This document shows, one piece after another, positions 58,103-64,000 of a DNA stretch of 64,000 nt. The DNA is taken from the NCBI RefSeq assembly GCF_009914755.1, contig NC_060925.1, one strand, 5' to 3'. Positions within the stretch are counted from its first letter, which is position 1; each line of letters opens with the position of its first letter. The DNA comes from the human T2T-CHM13v2.0 reference genome, Homo sapiens. The notes beneath the pieces are model-generated. The model saw only the letters and a program-made list of their open reading frames with translations. It was not told the origin of the DNA and did no database searches. A program made the position numbers and the translations under genes.

Positions 58103-59426
58103 GTCTTACACAGTGTCTTTTATTACTGCTATTGTGGAGACCAGCACAGAGGAGCAAGTCAGTGTGGCCCCAAGTCAGCCTCCTTTGAAGGGGACCAGAA
58201 GGGTCAGGATATGTGAGAAGGGTTCTGAAAGCTGAAGGGAAGGGAAATCAGTTTTCTTCAATTCCGTGGGGAAGAAAACAACAGATGGAGAACAGCCAGC
58301 TGGTCCTCTCTACCTCACTTGCCCTTAGCTCCCCAGGACGGAGCAATGAAGCGCCACATCTGTTAAAATAAAGCCTGGCTTTGCAGCTGGTGGAGTGTGG
58401 GGTGGTCAGGGGCTGCTCCCCAGGAAGAACGTGGTGACAGGCCCTCTGGCAGCAAGGACACAGATGGGACATGGGCTCTCCCTGTAGGAGGGCAGTGCCA
58501 GGTGGACTGCTATCTGGGGCTGCGGAGGGCTCTGCTGCAGAGTCCGTGGAGGCGAGCAGAATTGACTGTTTGCTGTCTTGGTTGGTCAGGCTTCTCGCCA
58601 TCGGTGGCATTGCTTTTCATCCTGTCACTGTGGAGTGGATGGGTTGGCACTGATCTGGGAAGGGTGCTTTCTGCACACTCTGGCCAGTGCTGCTGGCTGG
58701 TATGGAGCCCATTCTAACCTGGCAACCAGCCCTGAAGTCTCTGCAGCCCGGCCACAGGCCCCAGGCCCCAATGGGGAATACAGAAGCTCTCGCCTATCTG
58801 TGTTCACCAAACACTCACTGTGTGTGCTCAGATATGTGGACTCCTCTCTGTGATCCCTTTTACCCACTAATAAAACAGGCATCAGACACCATCTGCCTGT
58901 GGGGCTCTTGTGAGGAGGAATGGGTGGGAATGGGGTGCAATGACTGGCAGGTGTGAAGTGCCCCAGCCACAGCAGCCTGTCCTGGAGTAAGGGGGCCAGT
59001 GGGGCCCCCACAGGCTGCTTGTACCTCCCCTAAGTGCTTCTCTCTTCTCCTGCCTTTCATTGTCCAGTTTCCTCCTCCCTCACTTTCTGAAGTCCTATCA
59101 CTGTGGTCTCCTTAATCCCACCTTGAACTTGCTCCCAGCTAATAAAAGCTGCCCACCATACCCAGCAGCAACACCCCAAATGGGAGGTCAAGACAGAGGG
59201 TGGAAGACAGGGAACAGACCCTGGTGCTACTCGGGGTTCCTCATTCATTGTTCTTCATGCTGTTCACAGGCTGGTCTCTCTCACAACCAGCAGAGAAATA
59301 AGAGGCTGAAAGCAGGTCGATAGGCCAGCAGCACCCTCTCCTCTCCCTGCCTGGTTTCTGTGGGTCCAGCCCCTTCCGCCCTTGCACTCTGGTGGTTCAC
59401 GCATCCCCAGGCTTGGCCCAGCTCAC

Positions 59427-59505
59427 CTTCATGAGGTCCCGGTGGTGTTCCAACACGCTGCAGGTCGTCTGCCAGGTGTCCTGGTAGCACTCCCAAGGGT
59501 CCACC
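59427..59505 (-). CDS. NMNAT2: NMNAT2 exon 4
   Basis: tgttag|GGTGGACCCT...ATGAAG|gtgagc; [26 protein letters not shown]; 79 nt. Confidence 0.96.
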
Positions 59506-60225
59506 CTAACATCATCGGAAAGAAGTTTCCCTTGGTTTCTGTTCTCATATTCTTTCCTTATTGTTACCTTCCAAAAATCATAGCTCAGGAAGCATGGCAG
59601 ATCTGGCCATACCATGCGCTTAGATCTTGAATCAGATAAAACCTGGGTGTGAAACACTCTTCTGAGCTTCAGTTTCCTCCTCTGTAAAATGAGAGGAGCA
59701 TGGCATAGGCTTATGAGAAGAGATGCTGGTGCCAGTCTGCCTGGGTTTAATTCCAGCCTCAGCTCTGTGCAACTGTGTGGCTTTGGGAAAGTTATGTGAT
59801 CTCCCAGTGCCTCACCTTCCCCATCTGTAAAATGGGAATAACAATAGTAACGAGCTTACAGTTTTGTTAGAAAGGCTCGGTAAGTTTTATGTGTACAATG
59901 CTCAGTACAGCATCTTGCTCTTATTGTTACCTGCAAAATAAACCCTCCTTTGGACCCTTGAGGATTGTGACAAGGATTAGCTGAGCCAGGCCTTTGTCAA
60001 GTGGTGGCCCAGGTTATCCTTGCCAGGCTGCAAACCCTCGAGAATCAGTCTTCCCTGCCTCCCTCTGCAGTGAGGTGCCTTGTGGGCGTGGAGGTGAGAC
60101 ATGACAGTCAGATGAGAGGGCGCAGACACAACAATGGCCAGCCCCTCCGGGATACTGCTTGTGACGTAAGCAGGGATCCAGCCCCAGACTGAGGCAGCAC
60201 TGGGGCTTAATTGCCAACTTAATGA

Positions 60226-60515
<290 letters not shown>

Positions 60516-62088
60516 TTGTCTAACATTTTCTTAGCAGTCATGCATCCCCTTAACACCACCACCCTACCCCACCACCCCACCACATACACATGCCTAAAGT
60601 GCCCAGAGATGAGATCCCACTAGCTGAAAACCCTTAGAGAGTCAGCTTGCCATTTGCCGGGACCCTGGCTCCCCCTAGATCCCTAGCCAGGCCCTGTGCC
60701 CTGGGAGCGCACCTGTGCCGGAAACAAACACTTCACCTGGCTAAATGGGATCCCAGTGTCAGGCGCCCCACCCCAGCCAACCCCATCTCTAGAGGCAGCT
60801 CTTAGACTCCCTAGTGATCTCAATTCTCAGGATTCTGATTTTCCAACTTAGAGCAGCCCAGGGAAGGTGGTAGGCACTCAGTAGATAGTTGTGGAATGCA
60901 TGAGGGAATTATTCCAGAATCTTCTAAGCACATCCAAGCAGTAACAGTCTCCTGCCCAGTGATTTCCTCACTGGACCCTTATTCAAGGTCCCCAGCATCC
61001 CCAGAAGATCAGGAGTTACAATGTTAAGAGGCCTCATTTCTAATCCTTTCTTGCCTACGGGTGTATCAATGTATCATTGCTCAAGCCCTTTCATTTCTCT
61101 GGGCCTGTTTCTCACCTGAGAAAAAGCAGCTGTCTCTCTACCTAAGCTTTATCTTTAGGGGGATAAGAAAGTCTATAAAGGGCATGTGCTTCTCACACAA
61201 ATCACTGCGCACAAATAGCAAGGATCACTGCTGAATTATTACTGTGGCTTCCCTTCACTGCTCTCATTCCCGCCCACCCCGCTCTTCCTGGGCAAACTCT
61301 CTGCATTCCTCATTCTGAGGTCAGCATCCCGTCACTTCGCCCCTTTCATGGAAACCTCTAGGTGCTGCTTATTTTTCCATAGTGGGGGAAATTACAGCAC
61401 AAATGGCATGCCATTATTTTTTTAAAACATCATCTTATCATGCAAATTATAACGGTAAGAACTTTGGGGAACATCATTAGCATAATTAGTGGAAGCTTGC
61501 TTTAATTACACTGCAAGCTCAGCGGAGGTGGGTGGAGGTGCCTTCCTAGCAGCACGTCTGGCCAGAAAGGCAGTGAGCAGGAAAGCCACCCAGTGGGTGT
61601 GATTTGGTGTGGCTGCCCTTAGGGGCAGGCCCGCACCTGTCTCCTGGGGCCAGTGTGGGGCCCTTAGGGAGCCTGAGTTCAGGAATGGGAAATTGTCAAG
61701 GTGAGGGAACATTCCCTGAAAGGTAGTGAGGGTTCGCGGAAGTTAGTGGGAATGAAAGTGAGAGGCATTTCTGATTTTCTGGTCATGCTTCACCCAAAAC
61801 CCAGTGATATTTCTGGAAGCTCCAAGAATCATGCCAGGATTCAGAGATGTCAAAGCAGATGAAACATTCAAGCGCATTCTTTACATTCATGGGCCTCACA
61901 GTTTGGTTCAAAAATAAAGTTATAGGTATCCCTGGAGGTCTACTTATTGCCTCCACAAGGCTAATATCTTGCCCCTGCCTCCCCATCCTTTCAGGATCCA
62001 AATTACTGCTGGAACTCTTCTTTTTTCCCCACCCCACTCCCAGTAAGTCTCCGGGCCACTGCCTCTGGCATCTTCAGGCCAGTCCTAC

Positions 62089-62156
62089 CTGATCCAATCA
62101 GAATTCTGGACGGCCAGCTGACACATGATGAGACGGTGCCGGCTTGACACGAGGCC
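62089..62156 (-). CDS. NMNAT2: NMNAT2 exon 3
   Basis: tcccag|GGCCTCGTG...GGATCAG|gtagga; [22 protein letters not shown](R); 68 nt. Confidence 0.96.
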
Positions 62157-63003
62157 CTGGGAAGCAACAGAGCAATCATTGGGAGACTCCCTCCGTTCCC
62201 CACAACATCCTTGGGATACCAGCCCAAGCCCACCCATTGTTAAAGTGCAGCCATTTTTCAGTGGTGAGAGGGAATGAAGAATGTGACCCCTTTACTTGTC
62301 CGTTTGCCACACAGGCAGGCCTGGAATGGTGGTGGGAAAGGAAACAAATAAAGGGTGTGTGGTATATACCACCCCAACAAGGTCGATAGATGAGCCTCCA
62401 TTTGCGAAGCAGCCCCTGTGTGCCCTGCAGAGATGAGACTTAACTCAGCAAATGTGGCCTTGTCTTATGGCTCAGTCTGGCTGGTTAGGTGAGTTTCCCC
62501 AGAGCCCACCAAGGTGCATCTGTGGGAGAAAGGGGGAATGATGGGTGGAGCTCCTAGATTTGCCGGGACACGTGGCAGGGAGGGATGAGCAGGGATATGA
62601 ATTTTAAATCAGATTATAAAAGGCATAGGCCGTTTTCTCCTAAAATCCTGAGAAGACTTGCCCAGTGCAGCTCAACCCATAACCAGCTGCCAATCTGGCA
62701 TCCACCATACCAAGCCACACCCAGTGGGTGTTCCTGCTCCTCTTTCAGTGAGTCCTGACCAGCCCGTAAGTGGCTCTACGGTCATGGACAGCTGGTCTTT
62801 CCAGCTACTGCTTCAACGCCCATCCACTCAGGTCCGACTGTGGTCCTGAGATGGGAAGCAGGATAGACGCATGGACCTGGGCATTTTGTGTTTCCAGGAA
62901 TCTTAGCAGAGACAGAGCGGGGGCAGTTTTTCTGCCAGGAACTATCAGGCCAGGGATGGGGGGACGGGGATTGAAGAGGAGAGGGGCACAGGAAGGAACC
63001 CAC

Positions 63004-63092
63004 CTGTTTTCCATAGGAGTCGTGGACAGGGGAGACAATCCCGCCAATCACAATAAACCTTCCAGTTTTGTGCAGATAATCCCTGGCTCTTT
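63004..63092 (-). CDS. NMNAT2: NMNAT2 exon 2 (exon 1 lies beyond the window)
   Basis: aattag|AAAGAGCC...AAACAG|gtgggt; (E)[29 protein letters not shown], the NMNAT SPVxDxYxK motif; 89 nt. Confidence 0.96.
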
Positions 63093-63809
63093 CTAATTAA
63101 GAGAAGAAACCCACACATTATAAAGAGGAAAGGCATGGATTAAAGGTGATAATTGAAATCAATACGCTCAGCTCTGTAATGCTGGGGTTTATTTCCCATC
63201 TCTCTTGCCATTTAAATAGAAAATGTCAACTTTCAAAGCAAATGTTGGTGATTCAAAAGGTTACAGAACCAGATTTCAGCCCCCAAAGCAAAAGGATTTA
63301 GAACTCAAGGAGATTCATCCTGTTTTAAAAGTCCTCTGTGGGAGGAGCCAGTGTAGCTCAGAAGGATTTAAAACAAGCGCCTCATTAGCAGCCATTAGAG
63401 CTACAGATTGGAATTTACCCCTATTGTCACTTGCAGGAGTTATAATGTGGAGGAGTAGTATTTAAAAAATAAATAAATAAAAGCCTCCTTATAATATGAA
63501 AGATGTGCTGATTGCCTCAGCTAATTATTCAGAAGAGAAAAACCACCAAAACAAATTTAAAGGGCCTTGTAGATAATTACAAAGAATTAGCAATCAACCC
63601 AGAAGACCACCATCTTAGACTTGGTTGAGACGAAAAATTTGGCCAGATAAAAGCCTTTTATCCTTTGGAAGGTATGCAATATTGCTTTTTCAAATCTATC
63701 AGACAAACCCAATTTTATTTTCGCAATAAATTTCGGCAAACAAGGAAGGGACTGAAAAGTCTGGTTCTATCTTACTTCCAAAACAATTCCTTCTAAGAAT
63801 GTCAACAGG

Positions 63810-64000
63810 GGCCGGGTGTGGTGGCTCACACCTGTAATCCCAGTACTTTGGGAGGCCGAGGCAGGTGGATCACAAGGTCAGGAGTTCAAGACCAGCCTGG
63901 CCAACATGGTGAAACCCTTTTCTACTAAAAATACAAAACTTAGCCAGACGCGGTGGCAGGCGCCTGTAATCCTAGTTACTCGGGAGACTGAGGCAGGAGA
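63810..64000 (+). mobile_element. Alu, cut by the window end
   Basis: ggccgggtgtggtggctcacacctgtaatccc... Confidence 0.93.

Noticed and set aside
60162-60169. TGACGTAA CRE-like site
   Set aside because: Single imperfect intronic motif with no promoter or CpG-island context.

Overview
Human genomic DNA, recognised from the encoded proteins and Alu content as the LAMC2/NMNAT2 locus (1q25.3). It holds the 3' halves of two tail-to-tail genes. On the + strand are LAMC2 (laminin gamma-2) exons 12-23 (300-12737; 3'UTR to about 14240), including the read-through stop of the short gamma-2* isoform at 9736. On the - strand are NMNAT2 exons 2-11 (63092-21978) with a 3'UTR of about 4.4 kb ending near 17575. 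All exons have canonical AG/GT borders and splice in frame; exon numbering is from recall. Introns contain about 30 Alus, a fragmented L1MA-type LINE, two solo ERV1 LTRs with intact 4-bp TSDs (LTR8-like and MER57-like), MaLR, MER, MIR and L2 relics, and an RPS3A processed pseudogene. I see no evidence of a new gene or new multi-gene system. The best observations are fine-scale: (1) a perfect 20-bp copy of the LAMC2 exon-12 splice acceptor inside an intronic MIR, giving a candidate 63-nt poison exon; (2) a 26-bp locally templated insertion in the RPS3A pseudogene; (3) a stop-free 93-nt LAMC2 intron 21; (4) a duplicated branch point before LAMC2 exon 15; (5) a seven-tract G-quadruplex and a 39/78-bp minisatellite in the NMNAT2 3'UTR; (6) inverted-Alu layouts predicting specific circRNAs. 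Repeat subfamily names and boundaries are by eye and approximate.
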